Below, in pieces: positions 31,960 to 42,334 of a stretch of DNA of 64,000 nt. The stretch spans positions 2,874-66,873 of the forward strand of contig JAEWOP010000250.1 in assembly GCA_023399635.1 (NCBI GenBank), written 5' to 3'. Under the pieces are notes generated by a model. That model saw nothing but the letters and a program-made list of their open reading frames with translations, had not been told where the DNA came from and searched no databases. Positions within the stretch are counted from its first letter, which is position 1. Every line of letters starts with the position of its first letter. The position numbers were made by a program, and so were the translations under genes. Origin of the DNA: Pseudomonadota bacterium. Its GTDB lineage: Bacteria; Pseudomonadota; Alphaproteobacteria; Rhizobiales; Rhizobiaceae.

Positions 31960-32127
31960 GGCGGCAGAATCGCACGCCCTCCCGATCTCCTGCAAGCCCC
32001 GGCACGCGTGATGCGGCACACTGTCCCGCCACGGGGAGGCGGGGCCGGGGCATTCCGGCGGCGGACGGAGGCGGCGTCCGGGCCGAAAACTGCCGGAGCG
32101 GTCATGCTCCGGCAATGGCTGTAAGGG

Positions 32128-33285
32128 TCAAAGCAGCGACAGCTGTATTCCGCCGCCGTCCGGCCGGATGAACAGATCGTCGCGAAGCGGCAGCCCGCGC
32201 CGGCCCATGCCCAACCGTTTGGTCGCCATCTCGAAGCGACGGCCAATCTGCCAGGCATAGGGGCCGGAACCCTTCATGCGCTTGCTGAAGTCGGCGTCAT
32301 AGTCCTTGCCGCCGCGCATGGAGCGCACCAGCGACATCACGTGGCGATAGCGATCCGGATAGGCGCGCAGCAGCCAGTCGCGAAACAGAGGGCTCACCTC
32401 AAGTGGCAGCCGAAGCAGCACATAGCTCGCCTCGCTGGCACCGGCGGCGTGCCCAGCATCAAGAATGCGTTCCATCTCATGATCGTTGAGCGCTGGAATG
32501 ATCGGGGCAACCATTACGGCGGTAGGTATGCCCGCGTCAGTCAGCGTCTTGATGGCCTCCAGGCGCTTTGTCGGCGTCGAAGCCCGTGGCTCCATGGTGC
32601 GCGCCAGCTTGCGGTCCAGCGTTGTCACGGAGATTCCGACTTTCACCAAACCCTTGGATGCCATGTCCGACAAAATGTCGATGTCGCGGGTGATCAAAGC
32701 GGACTTTGTGACGATCGCGACGGGATGATTTGCCTTCTGCAGCACCTCGAGGATCTGCCGCATGAAGCGCCATTCTCGTTCGATCGGCTGGTAAGGATCT
32801 GTGTTGGTCCCGATCGCGATAGCGCGCACCTTGTATTCCGGGCGGCTGAGCTCGCGCTCCAGAAGCTTCGGCACATCGGGCTTGGCAAACAGCTTGGCCT
32901 CGAAGTCCAGACCTGGCGACAGTCCCATGAAGCTGTGTGTGGGGCGGGCAAAGCAGTAGATGCAGCCGTGCTCGCAACCGCGATAGGGGTTGATCGACCG
33001 GTCGAAGGAGATGTCGGGTGACTCATTGCGTGTGATGGCCGTTCGAGGCTTTTCCACCTGTACGTCCGTTTGGAACGAGGAAAGCTCCTCCAAAGTCTGC
33101 CAGCCGTCGTCAAAAACCTCACGGCGCTCCTGCTCGAAGCGGCCGCTGGGATTGAGACCCGCGCCTCGTCCGCGCCGCCGGTCCACATCGATCCGCAAGC
33201 CTGAGGAATCCACCAGTGCGTCGGCAATATCAGCCGTATGAGCAGGCGCAAAAGCAACCTGCCGCAAATGAGACAGCTCGTTCAT
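32128..33285 (-). CDS. PA0069/SplB-like radical SAM protein
   Basis: SINPYRGCEHGCIYCFAR (CxxxCxxC) and GTNTDPYQP; start MNELSH with GGAG RBS. Confidence 0.92.
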   Translation of the reverse strand: MNELSHLRQVAFAPAHTADIADALVDSSGLRIDVDRRRGRGAGLNPSGRFEQERREVFDDGWQTLEELSSFQTDVQVEKPRTAITRNESPDISFDRSINPYRGCEHGCIYCFARPTHSFMGLSPGLDFEAKLFAKPDVPKLLERELSRPEYKVRAIAIGTNTDPYQPIEREWRFMRQILEVLQKANHPVAIVTKSALITRDIDILSDMASKGLVKVGISVTTLDRKLARTMEPRASTPTKRLEAIKTLTDAGIPTAVMVAPIIPALNDHEMERILDAGHAAGASEASYVLLRLPLEVSPLFRDWLLRAYPDRYRHVMSLVRSMRGGKDYDADFSKRMKGSGPYAWQIGRRFEMATKRLGMGRRGLPLRDDLFIRPDGGGIQLSLL

Positions 33286-33346
33286 CTGGGGCTCCGTCAA
33301 GGGGATGATCCCCTTCACCAATGATCAAAACCTAGGACGGAAAAGA

Positions 33347-33361
33347 GAACAATGCAAGAAC
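33347..33361. promoter_or_regulatory. Alphaproteobacterial LexA box
   Basis: Exact GAAC-N7-GAAC (GAACAATGCAAGAAC) about 60 nt upstream of the radical SAM gene. Confidence 0.85.
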
Positions 33362-33417
33362 AAAATGCAGACGTTCGGCTTGTGGAAATCGTTCCCGCAA
33401 TGCGGTAGATGTGGGCC

Positions 33418-33936
33418 ATGCTGACAGTCGTCATGGAATGCCGCGATCAGGAGGCCGAGCTGGCGCAAACCCTTTCGGGTTTGGTGTCGGCAGCGGTTGA
33501 GGGCCTCGTCAGCGATGTTGTAATCCTCGACCTTGGCTCGTCGGACGGATCTGCAAGAGTTGCGGATGCTGCTGGCTGCCGCTTTCAGACGGAATGGCGG
33601 CTGGATGAAGTGCTTCGCTCGGTAAGGGGCGAGTGGCTTCTGCTTCTGGAGCCTGGTTCGCGTCTCCAGCCGGGCTGGATAGAGGAGGTGCTGGAGTACA
33701 CGGCGCTGAACCAGAAGCCCGCAATCTTTTCGCTCGTGCGTCACCACCGCAGAACGCTGTTGCGGCGTATCGTCGAAACCGCGCCAGTGTTGGAGTGTGG
33801 CCTCTTATTATCCAGGCGGCAGGCGCTGGAGGCGGTCCGGCCGGGCATGGATCTGGCTAAACTCGCTCTTTGCATGAAGCCGGTCTCGCTGCGCAGTGAA
33901 CTTGCGCCTTCACGGGCCGCCAGAGCCGGCGTCTGA
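33418..33936 (+). CDS. Short GT2-like glycosyltransferase-fold protein
   Basis: MLTVVMEC...VILDLGSSDGS..VADAAGC...RGEWLLLLEPG; no canonical DxD. Confidence 0.8.
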   Translation: MLTVVMECRDQEAELAQTLSGLVSAAVEGLVSDVVILDLGSSDGSARVADAAGCRFQTEWRLDEVLRSVRGEWLLLLEPGSRLQPGWIEEVLEYTALNQKPAIFSLVRHHRRTLLRRIVETAPVLECGLLLSRRQALEAVRPGMDLAKLALCMKPVSLRSELAPSRAARAGV

Positions 33937-33946
33937 GGTTACGGGT

Positions 33947-34495
33947 CTAGCTTCCGCTACGCCGTAGATGCTCGTCGAGCCTCGGCATGATTTCAATGAA
34001 GTTGCAGGGCATGTGCCGGTAATCGAGCTGTGCGGCGAGAATGCCATCCCAGGCGTCCTTGCAGGCGCCGGGCGAGCCAGGGAGGACGAAGATGAAGGTC
34101 GCGTTCGCCACCCCACCCGTTGCTCGCGATTGGATCGTCGATGTCCCGATCTTGTCGTAGGAGATGCGATGGAAGACCTCGGAAAAGCCCTCCATCCGCT
34201 TCTCGAATAGCGGCTCCAGAGCCTCGGGCGTGACGTCCCGGCCAGTAAACCCGGTGCCCCCGGTGGTGATCACGACATCGATCTCCGGATCAAGCGCCCA
34301 CGACCGCACCTGGTCCACAATCTGTTCCCTGTCGTCCTTCACGATGGCGCGAGCCTTCAAGTGATGGCCTGCTTTGGCGATGCGATCCACAAGCGTGTCG
34401 CCGGATTTGTCCGTCTCGGGTGTGCGCGTGTCGGAAACCGTCAGGACGGCGATGCCAACCGGTATGAAGGGACGGCTTTCATCCAGGCGGTTCAT
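33947..34495 (-). CDS. moaB: Molybdenum cofactor biosynthesis protein B
   Basis: LTVSDTR, TTGGTGFTGRDVTPEA and LPGSP motifs. Confidence 0.95.
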   Translation of the reverse strand: MNRLDESRPFIPVGIAVLTVSDTRTPETDKSGDTLVDRIAKAGHHLKARAIVKDDREQIVDQVRSWALDPEIDVVITTGGTGFTGRDVTPEALEPLFEKRMEGFSEVFHRISYDKIGTSTIQSRATGGVANATFIFVLPGSPGACKDAWDGILAAQLDYRHMPCNFIEIMPRLDEHLRRSGS

Positions 34496-35370
34496 GCGTC
34501 AGCTCCGGCAAGTGTCGTCGTTGTTTTGAAATACCAGTCCGGCCTCTGAAGGCTGAGCTGTTGTGCTGCCTGATCCGCTTCCTCGCGGGAAGCAAAGATG
34601 CCAAAACAAGTCGCACCTGAGCCAGACATGCGAGTAAGCAATGCGCCTTGACCGGCGATCATGGCTGTGATGTCGCGGATCTCGGGCACCAATTCCTGCG
34701 CGGGAACTTCCAGGTCGTTGCGGAGGCAGGACAACCGGTCAACCCAGTCGCCACTGGTGATGTCTCCTATCGGCGAGTTCTGCTTCGACGCAAGCCGTGA
34801 AAAGATGGTTGGTGTAGACACGCCACAAAGAGGATTGCCCAGCACCAGAGGAAGGACGGGAAGGTCGGGGAGAGGCGAAAGCTCTTCTCCGATACCACGT
34901 GCCATGACGGGTTCGCCGCGAAAGCACATAGGCACATCTGCGCCGAGCGATAGCGCAAGTTCTGCGGTCTCATTAACATGGTCTTCCACCTGCCAGAAGC
35001 GCAGAAGGGCTCTCAGCGTCGCCGCCGCATCCGCAGATCCGCCACCGATCCCGGAGGCAACCGGCAGGTGCTTTTCCAGGTGAATGGCAACCGGCGGCGC
35101 GCTGCCGCCTGCGGCTTCGATCTGCGACCGAAGGCCATTGCGGGCACGGATTACCAGGTTGTCGTCAAGGTTGGCAGTGAGGGTCCCCGAAAAGGGGCCC
35201 GAAACCGTCAGGCGATCTTCGCCGGAGGCGGAGAACATCAGCCGGTCGCCGATGTCGGCGAAGGTAACGATGCTTTCTAGCAGGTGATAGCCATCCGCCC
35301 GTTGCCCCACAACGTGAAGCGCGAGGTTGATCTTCGCGGGTGCCAGCTCCTCTACAAGCTCTGGTGGCAA
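34492..35370 (-). CDS. ispE: 4-diphosphocytidyl-2-C-methyl-D-erythritol kinase
   Basis: APAKINLALHV, PVASGIGGGSADAAA, LGADVP and MSGSGAT motifs. Confidence 0.97.
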   Translation of the reverse strand: MPPELVEELAPAKINLALHVVGQRADGYHLLESIVTFADIGDRLMFSASGEDRLTVSGPFSGTLTANLDDNLVIRARNGLRSQIEAAGGSAPPVAIHLEKHLPVASGIGGGSADAAATLRALLRFWQVEDHVNETAELALSLGADVPMCFRGEPVMARGIGEELSPLPDLPVLPLVLGNPLCGVSTPTIFSRLASKQNSPIGDITSGDWVDRLSCLRNDLEVPAQELVPEIRDITAMIAGQGALLTRMSGSGATCFGIFASREEADQAAQQLSLQRPDWYFKTTTTLAGADA

Positions 35371-35412
35371 AGCGGTTCTCAGCTCCTGCGCTGCGGGACG
35401 AGCCAGCTTGGA

Positions 35413-37245
35413 TCAGGACTTCTTGTCGGCCGGTGCTTCCGGGGCAGGCACCGGTTTGGGTGGTTCCACAGCGCTTCTATCCGCCGTGGTTGCCGCGGGA
35501 TCAAGCGGAGGCAGGCCTTTTTCGACCTTCTCCTTGATCTCTTCGCGGTTGACGTCCTCGCCTTCCGAGATCAAAGCCCGATTCCACTGATAAACGGCTT
35601 CGAGCTTGCGGCCAACGCGCCAATAGGCATCGCCCAGATGGTCGTTGATCGTTGCATCGCCAGCGCGCAGCTGTACGGCGCGCTCCAGCTCCGTCACGGC
35701 TTCCTCGAACCGGCCCATGCGGTAATAGGCCCAACCAAGCGAATCGACCACATATCCGTCGTCTGGGCGCAGTTCCACCGCGCGACGGATCATGTCGAGA
35801 CCTTCTTCCAGGTTGCGGTTCATATCGACCCAGGAGTAGCCGAGATAGTTCAGTACCTGCGGCTGCTCCGGATTGAGCTCAAGCGCCTTGCGGAAGTTCG
35901 GCTCCGCCTGTTCCCACTTCTTCAGGCGTTCATAGGCAATGCCACGCTGGAAGAAGATCGTCCAGTCGCCGGGACCGGCAACCGGCCCGATGACCTCCAC
36001 CGCCTTGTCGTAATTGGCAGCCATTTCCTGGTAATCCTTGGCGTCCGACAACACGCTGCCATAGGCAAGATAGCTGCGCAGGTCGCTGGGATCGGATGCG
36101 ATCAGTTCCTTCAGGTGCTGCCGCGCCTCGTCCACCTTGTCGGTTCCCGCCAAAGCGAGGCCGAGCTGCAGCTCCGAGATGCGCCGCATTGGCGATGCTT
36201 CGGGTACCCGTTGATAATAGCCGATAGCCCGTTCCGGCTGCTCAAGCTTTTCGGCAATGCCACCGAGCAGGATGAGCGTATCGGCGCTCTCTGGATCGAG
36301 TGCATGGGAAACCTGCAGATAGAGCGAAACCATGTCTTCTGCGCCCTGACGGTTCAGGGCAGCCCCGACGGAGAACAGCACGGCAGCGGCGCCTTCGGCC
36401 GCACTGCTGATCTGCTGTTCAGGCTTGTCACCTTGCTCGATGCTTTCGCGCAGCGCCTTGAGAGGCGCGTAGTTGCTGATCATGCCATCGCCGACAGAGA
36501 TAGCATCCAGAGCCTTCTGCTTGTTACCCTCCGATGCCTCCAGTCGCGCAAGAGCCATGACTGCGCGCATGAAAGTATCCGGCGCGGTGGCAACCGCCTC
36601 CTGATTGGTGATGGCGGCAGTCAGATGCTTGCGGGCAGCACTGCTGTCGCCCATCTCGATTGCCATCGCGCCCATGTGGTAGTCGGTGAACACCTTGAAC
36701 CAATCAGGGCCGCTCATCTTGGCAACCGTGTCCATGGCGCGCTTGCCCTTGCCCGCGCCGACGTCTGCCCAGGCGCCGATGAGCGCCTGCGTCAACCGGT
36801 CAAGATCGTTGGGGCCTTTGTAGGCGACAAGCTTCTTAGCTTCCTCGAACCGCCCGTCCCGGATGGCGTCGAGCCCGCGCACGATCGTCGTGATCCGCTC
36901 GACGGCTCCGTCGTCCTTGAGCGCCTCAGCCTCCGCAAGACCCTCTTCGAACTGACCGTTGAGGAGCAGGGAAATCATCAGCCGCTCGCGGATCTCCAGG
37001 TTGGCGGCATCGAATTCAAGCGCCTTGCGATAAAGCGTAATCGCCGTCTCGTAATCATGGTCGACGTCCGCCGTGCGCGCCGCAAGGAAGGCGCCTGCGA
37101 AGGACTGAACCTTCGCGGGCTCGAAACTAACGCTCTCTTCTGCCGGCTTTGCCTCGGGCGTCGCCGCATTCGGCGTGCCAGCCAGCAACAGCGCCAGGGC
37201 GAGCGCGGTGCCCGAAAGCAAGAGAAGATGGGTTTTCTGCCGCAT
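35413..37245 (-). CDS. Exported tetratricopeptide repeat protein
   Basis: Signal peptide; TPRs including VLNYLGYSW, DSLGWAYY and DHLGDAYW. Confidence 0.92.
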   Translation of the reverse strand: MRQKTHLLLLSGTALALALLLAGTPNAATPEAKPAEESVSFEPAKVQSFAGAFLAARTADVDHDYETAITLYRKALEFDAANLEIRERLMISLLLNGQFEEGLAEAEALKDDGAVERITTIVRGLDAIRDGRFEEAKKLVAYKGPNDLDRLTQALIGAWADVGAGKGKRAMDTVAKMSGPDWFKVFTDYHMGAMAIEMGDSSAARKHLTAAITNQEAVATAPDTFMRAVMALARLEASEGNKQKALDAISVGDGMISNYAPLKALRESIEQGDKPEQQISSAAEGAAAVLFSVGAALNRQGAEDMVSLYLQVSHALDPESADTLILLGGIAEKLEQPERAIGYYQRVPEASPMRRISELQLGLALAGTDKVDEARQHLKELIASDPSDLRSYLAYGSVLSDAKDYQEMAANYDKAVEVIGPVAGPGDWTIFFQRGIAYERLKKWEQAEPNFRKALELNPEQPQVLNYLGYSWVDMNRNLEEGLDMIRRAVELRPDDGYVVDSLGWAYYRMGRFEEAVTELERAVQLRAGDATINDHLGDAYWRVGRKLEAVYQWNRALISEGEDVNREEIKEKVEKGLPPLDPAATTADRSAVEPPKPVPAPEAPADKKS

Positions 37246-37368
37246 AAAGGTGCCTTTCGTTAACGTGACGCGGCGGCTGTCGCCCTGGCGTCCCGCACCG
37301 ATTGATTCACGGACAGAATGGCTTTTTTGGCGCAGGACCGCAAGAAAACTGAAGCGGTCCCGCTGCTG

Positions 37369-38385
37369 TCAGTTGACGCGCTGGATGGAAAACTCGATCA
37401 CTTCCATAAGGGCGGCCTTGTAAGGCGAGGCGGGCAAAGGGGCCAGCGCGTCGCGCGCGATCGTTCCGTAATGGAGTGCCCGCCCGATGGTGTCCTTCAG
37501 CGCATCATGCTTGTGGATCAGGCCAAGAGCCTTCTCGAGGTTGGCGTCGGAGCTTTCCCCGCTTTCGATCGCCTTGCGCCAGAAGGCTTGTTCCTCCGTG
37601 GTGCCGCGCCGGAAGGCAAGGATGACGGGCAGCGTGATCTTGCCCTCGCGGAAGTCGTCGCCGACATTCTTGCCCAGGTCAGCGGCAGTGCCGCCGTAAT
37701 CCAGCGCGTCGTCGACCATCTGGAAGGCATAGCCGAGATTCATGCCGAAGGAGCGGAGTGCCGCCCGGCTGGACTTGTCAGCCTTGGCGATGATCGGCCC
37801 GACTTCAGCAGCAGCGGCAAACAGAGCCGCTGTCTTGGCGCGAATGACGGACAGGTAGTCGTCCTCGGTCGTTTCCATGTTCTTGGCGACGGAGAGCTGC
37901 AGCACTTCGCCTTCCGCAATCACTGCGGCAGCGGTTGACAGCACATCGAGCGCGTCGAGCGAACCGACATCCACCATCATCCGGAAAGCCTGTCCCAGCA
38001 GGAAGTCTCCGACCAGAACACTCGCCTGGTTGCCCCAGATCGTGCGTGCCGTCGATTTGCCGCGCCGCAAGTCGCTCTCGTCCACCACATCGTCATGCAG
38101 CAGAGTTGCAGTGTGCATGAACTCCACGCTCGTCGCGAGCTTGATGTGGTGGTCGCCCTCGTAGCCGAACATGGAGGCCGAAGCGAGCGTCAGCATCGGC
38201 CGCAGGCGTTTGCCGCCGGAGGAGATCAGGTGGTTGGCGACCTCGGGGATCATCTGGACGTCAGACCCCGCCTTCGACAGGATCAACTGATTGACGCGTT
38301 CCATGTCCGCTTTCGTCAGATCGACGAGAGGCTTGACGGAAGCCGGCTTCTTCTTGCCTTCTTCAAGCGATACGACGACGCCCAA
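37369..38385 (-). CDS. ispB: Long-chain polyprenyl diphosphate synthase
   Basis: GGKRLRP, HDDVVDESDLRRG and FQMVDDALDY motifs. Confidence 0.93.
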   Translation of the reverse strand: MGVVVSLEEGKKKPASVKPLVDLTKADMERVNQLILSKAGSDVQMIPEVANHLISSGGKRLRPMLTLASASMFGYEGDHHIKLATSVEFMHTATLLHDDVVDESDLRRGKSTARTIWGNQASVLVGDFLLGQAFRMMVDVGSLDALDVLSTAAAVIAEGEVLQLSVAKNMETTEDDYLSVIRAKTAALFAAAAEVGPIIAKADKSSRAALRSFGMNLGYAFQMVDDALDYGGTAADLGKNVGDDFREGKITLPVILAFRRGTTEEQAFWRKAIESGESSDANLEKALGLIHKHDALKDTIGRALHYGTIARDALAPLPASPYKAALMEVIEFSIQRVN

Positions 38386-38485
38386 GGATCCGCTCTCCTG
38401 TTCAAATGCCGTGACGGACTATAGATGTGGCCCTATAGCGTTCTCGGCGCCAATTGCCAAATGCCTAAATGCGAAAAGCGGATCC

Positions 38486-38716
38486 ATGCTTGAACTCATC
38501 CGGACCAACGATGCCGTGCTTCTTTCCTTCGCCGAAAGCCTGATGCGCGACGCGGGTATTCACTGCATGATCGCAGATCAGGGCATGAGCATCCTGGAAG
38601 GATCGCTTGGGCTATTGCCGCGGCGCCTGCTGGTGGAAGAGGATCGGGCAGACGAGGCCCGGCGCATCCTGGTGGATGCTGGGCTGGCGGGGGAACTGCG
38701 AGATCCCGCCGCATGA
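38486..38716 (+). CDS. DUF2007-like putative signal-transducing protein
   Basis: MLELIRTND...GIHCMIADQGMSILEGSLGLLPRR; overlaps the next gene by ATGA. Confidence 0.85.
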   Translation: MLELIRTNDAVLLSFAESLMRDAGIHCMIADQGMSILEGSLGLLPRRLLVEEDRADEARRILVDAGLAGELRDPAA

Positions 38717-39492
38717 ACGAAACCATCGATGCCTTCCATCGTGGCCGTTTCCACCTCGTGCAGCCAAAGGGGATCGGGCACCGCTCCGGCGTCGATGCGA
38801 TGCTTCTGGCCTCTCTGGTGGACGGTGCCGGTCCCATGAGCGTTGCCGATCTCGGAGCGGGGGCAGGGGCGGCAGGGTTGGCGGTAGCGTCCAGGCTGCC
38901 GCAGGCACAGGTTCTGTTGGTTGAGCGCTCCGAACTGATGGCCCACTGTGCGCGTAAGTCTCTGGCGCTCCCGCAGAACGCCGGGTATGCGCAACGGGTC
39001 AGCGTCCTGGAAGCCGATGTCACACTGACGGGAAAGGCGCGCCAGGCCGCGGGTCTCCAAGACGAGGTCTACGATCACGTCATCATGAATCCGCCATTCA
39101 ACGATCCGAGCGACCGTCTGACGCCCGATGCTCTCAAGGCGGAGGCGCATGCCATGAACGAAGGGCTGTTCGACGCCTGGATCAGGACTGCTGGCGCAAT
39201 CTTGAAGCCTGGCGGCCAGTTGTCGCTGATCGCCCGACCACAATCGATCGCCGAGATCATCCAGGCCTGCGGGCGCCGCTTCGGCGGGCTGGAGATACGC
39301 GCCATCCACCCGCGGCCCGCAGAAGATGCGACGCGGCTCTTGCTCACGGCCATCAAGGGATCACGTGCAAGGCTCGTTTTTCGCGCACCGCTTTTTCTTC
39401 ATGGTCCGGAAGGCCACGGCTTCACCAGCGAGGCAGATGACCTCAACAACGGGCGCATTGCCTTTCCCCGCCGGACAACCGCGCGGCGCTGA
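38713..39492 (+). CDS. tRNA1(Val) A37 N6-methyltransferase-like SAM methyltransferase
   Basis: DAMLLA, DLGAGAG and MNPPF motifs. Confidence 0.88.
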   Translation: MNETIDAFHRGRFHLVQPKGIGHRSGVDAMLLASLVDGAGPMSVADLGAGAGAAGLAVASRLPQAQVLLVERSELMAHCARKSLALPQNAGYAQRVSVLEADVTLTGKARQAAGLQDEVYDHVIMNPPFNDPSDRLTPDALKAEAHAMNEGLFDAWIRTAGAILKPGGQLSLIARPQSIAEIIQACGRRFGGLEIRAIHPRPAEDATRLLLTAIKGSRARLVFRAPLFLHGPEGHGFTSEADDLNNGRIAFPRRTTARR

Positions 39493-39568
39493 AAAAGCCA
39501 GTCCTCCCATTGTGTTTGCGGTTGTAGACCATACATCTCGCTCACCAACCCGATGAGAAGGATTTCAA

Positions 39569-40435
39569 ATGGCCGGTCTGTTGTCGCGCGTGATGCCGAA
39601 GCGTTTCCGCAAGGAGGGAACGGCCATTCCGGTGGTCAGGCTGCAGGGGGTCATCATGACCGGGGGCAGCCAGTTTCGGCCGAGCCTCAACCTCGCAACC
39701 GTCGCGCCGATGCTTGAAAAGGCCTTCTCCAGGAAGGATGCTCCCGCCGTTGCCATCTCGATCAACTCGCCTGGTGGCTCACCTGTTCAGTCCCGGTTGA
39801 TCTATCAGCGCATCCGCGCCCTTGCGGAGGAGAAGGACAAGAAGGTCCTGATGTTTGTCGAGGACGTCGCGGCTTCCGGCGGCTATATGATTGCGCTTGC
39901 CGGAGACGAGATCTTTGCCGACCCGACGTCGATCGTTGGTTCCATTGGGGTCGTGTCGGGAGGCTTCGGTTTTCCGGAGCTGCTGCGAAAGATCGGCGTT
40001 GAACGTCGCGTTTATACCGCCGGTGAAAACAAGGTGATCCTCGATCCTTTCCAGCCGGAAAAGGAAGGCGACGTCGAATATCTGAAAACGCTGCAACTGG
40101 AGATTCACAAGGTCTTCATAGACATGGTGAAGGCGCGGCGCGGCAGCCGGCTGGCCGAGGATGACACGATCTTCTCCGGCCTTTTCTGGACCGGCGGACG
40201 CGGTGTCGATCTCGGTCTGGTCGACGGCTTGGGCGAGATGCGCGAGACGCTGAAGCGTCGCTATGGCGACAAGACCCGGCTGGAACTGGTTGCCGGGGCC
40301 CGCAACATGTTCGGGCGCCGTCTGCCCGGCGTCATCGCCGGCGGCGGCAATCCCGGTGCGATCGTCGCCAGTGCCGCTTCGGGGCTTGCGGAAACGCTGG
40401 AGGAAAAGGCAATGTGGAGCCGTTACGGGCTCTAA
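39569..40435 (+). CDS. S49 (SppA-like) peptidase
   Basis: INSPGGS, AASGGY and GSIGV motifs. Confidence 0.93.
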   Translation: MAGLLSRVMPKRFRKEGTAIPVVRLQGVIMTGGSQFRPSLNLATVAPMLEKAFSRKDAPAVAISINSPGGSPVQSRLIYQRIRALAEEKDKKVLMFVEDVAASGGYMIALAGDEIFADPTSIVGSIGVVSGGFGFPELLRKIGVERRVYTAGENKVILDPFQPEKEGDVEYLKTLQLEIHKVFIDMVKARRGSRLAEDDTIFSGLFWTGGRGVDLGLVDGLGEMRETLKRRYGDKTRLELVAGARNMFGRRLPGVIAGGGNPGAIVASAASGLAETLEEKAMWSRYGL

Positions 40436-40462
40436 CGGACGCAGCGGGGGAAGGCGGCGGAG

Positions 40463-40654
40463 ATGGCGCAACTCATATTCTTCATTGTCCTCGTGGGGGG
40501 CGGCTGGCTGCTTTACAGGCGCTTCATCAGCGATGCCGAGAAACTCACGGCCCGTTCACGTGAACGGCAGAAGGAGCAGGAAACCGGTGCTTTGGGAACG
40601 TTGATCAAGGATCCCGATACGGGGGAGTACCGCGTCAAAAGGGATGATGAATAG
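40463..40654 (+). CDS. Small conserved membrane protein
   Basis: GGAG RBS, one TM helix, C-terminal GTLIKDPDTGEYR. Confidence 0.8.
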   Translation: MAQLIFFIVLVGGGWLLYRRFISDAEKLTARSRERQKEQETGALGTLIKDPDTGEYRVKRDDE

Positions 40655-40746
40655 GAGGAGCGTAACAGCTCCGGCCATAATTCCTTGACCCTTGCTGCTC
40701 TGCGTGGCACTCGTCCGCTGTTTCCTTCAGATGCCGGCGATAAGCA

Positions 40747-41703
40747 ATGACCGATCTTCCAGACCACATGTCCCCGACCCGTTCTTTCCAGGGGTTGATC
40801 CTGGCTCTCCACAACTACTGGGCCGACAAGGGTTGCGCGGTGCTGCAGCCTTACGACATGGAAGTTGGCGCCGGCACCTTCCACCCGGCCACCACGCTCC
40901 GCGCGCTCGGACCGAAGCCCTGGAAAGCTGCCTATGTGCAGCCATCGCGTCGTCCCTCGGACGGCCGCTATGGCGAAAACCCCAACCGTTTGCAGCATTA
41001 TTACCAGTACCAGGTCATCCTGAAGCCCAACCCTTCGAACCTGCAGGAACTCTACCTCGGTTCGCTCGCGGCAATTGGGCTCGACCCGCTGCTGCATGAC
41101 GTTCGCTTCGTGGAAGACGATTGGGAAAGCCCGACGCTCGGCGCCTGGGGGCTTGGCTGGGAATGCTGGTGCGACGGTATGGAAGTCTCGCAGTTCACCT
41201 ACTTCCAGCAGGTCTGCGGTATCGAGTGCTCACCGGTTGCCGGTGAACTGACCTACGGGCTCGAGCGGCTCGCGATGTATGTTCAAGGGGTCGACAATGT
41301 CTACGATCTGAACTTCAACGGCCGCGAAGGCGAGGAGCGGATCTCCTATGGAGACGTTTTCCTTCAGGCCGAGCAAGAATATTCACGCCACAACTTCGAA
41401 TTCGCCGACACGGCCATGCTGCACCGGCACTTCATCGATGCCGAGAAGGAATGCCAGGCTTTGCTGGCGGCCGGTGCACCCGGGGCAAATGCCAACCAGA
41501 CGCTGCACAAATGTGTCTTCCCCGCCTATGACCAGTGCATCAAGGCGAGCCATGTCTTCAATCTGTTGGATGCCCGCGGCGTCATCTCCGTGACCGAACG
41601 TCAAAGCTATATCCTGCGCGTCCGCACGCTTGCCAAGGCCTGCGGGGAAGCATTTCTGCTGACCGACGCCGGGGGTGTCAACCTGCGCCAGACAACGGCC
41701 TGA
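40747..41703 (+). CDS. glyQ: Glycine--tRNA ligase alpha subunit
   Basis: [24 protein letters not shown] and ELTYGLER motifs. Confidence 0.99.
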   Translation: MTDLPDHMSPTRSFQGLILALHNYWADKGCAVLQPYDMEVGAGTFHPATTLRALGPKPWKAAYVQPSRRPSDGRYGENPNRLQHYYQYQVILKPNPSNLQELYLGSLAAIGLDPLLHDVRFVEDDWESPTLGAWGLGWECWCDGMEVSQFTYFQQVCGIECSPVAGELTYGLERLAMYVQGVDNVYDLNFNGREGEERISYGDVFLQAEQEYSRHNFEFADTAMLHRHFIDAEKECQALLAAGAPGANANQTLHKCVFPAYDQCIKASHVFNLLDARGVISVTERQSYILRVRTLAKACGEAFLLTDAGGVNLRQTTA

Positions 41704-41775
41704 CGGCAGGTTTGACGGTCCCTCGAAAGCTTTCTAGTGTCCCCCGGGACTTGAAGTTCATTGGGGGATTCTTGG

Positions 41776-42327
41776 ATGTATATCCTGCTCGGCATCGTCG
41801 TATTGATCGTTCTTTACGGCGTCTTTCTCTACAACAGCCTGGTCAAGTCACGTCAGATGGCGGAAGAGGCCTGGTCAGGCATCGACGTGCAGCTGAAGCG
41901 CCGTGCGGATCTCATTCCCAATCTGATTGAGACGGTGAAGGGATACGCGGCGCACGAAAAGACGACCTTCGAGGAGGTGGTCGAACTGCGCAACCGGGCG
42001 CAGTCGATGCCGGCAGGTGATGTCGCCGGCCGGGCGCAGGTGGAGGGGATGCTGTCACAGGCGCTCGGCAAACTCTTCGCGCTGGCGGAAGCCTATCCTG
42101 ACCTGAAGGCCAACCAGAACTTCCTGGAGCTGCAAAGCTCGCTCGAAACCATCGAGAGCGAGATACAGATGTCGCGCCGCTACTACAACGGCGCTGCGCG
42201 TGACCTCAACGTCAAGGTGGAAAGCGTGCCATCCAACCTTGTGGCGAACCAGTTCGGCTTTTCCAAGCGCGAATATTTCGAGATCGAGAATCCAGCCGAT
42301 CGCGCCGTTCCAGCTGTCAAATTCTGA
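41776..42327 (+). CDS. lemA: LemA family protein
   Basis: N-terminal TM, AWSGIDVQLKRRADLIPNL, AEAYPDLKA and RRYYN motifs. Confidence 0.95.
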   Translation: MYILLGIVVLIVLYGVFLYNSLVKSRQMAEEAWSGIDVQLKRRADLIPNLIETVKGYAAHEKTTFEEVVELRNRAQSMPAGDVAGRAQVEGMLSQALGKLFALAEAYPDLKANQNFLELQSSLETIESEIQMSRRYYNGAARDLNVKVESVPSNLVANQFGFSKREYFEIENPADRAVPAVKF

Positions 42328-42334
42328 GCCGACC

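Noticed and set aside
35284..37263. 659-aa antisense ORF opposite the TPR gene (similarly 16258-17691, 30034-31284, 44858-46540, 50005-51471)
   Set aside because: Each lies opposite well-supported genes. Such ORFs are expected from codon bias in high-GC genomes, and none has recognisable domains.
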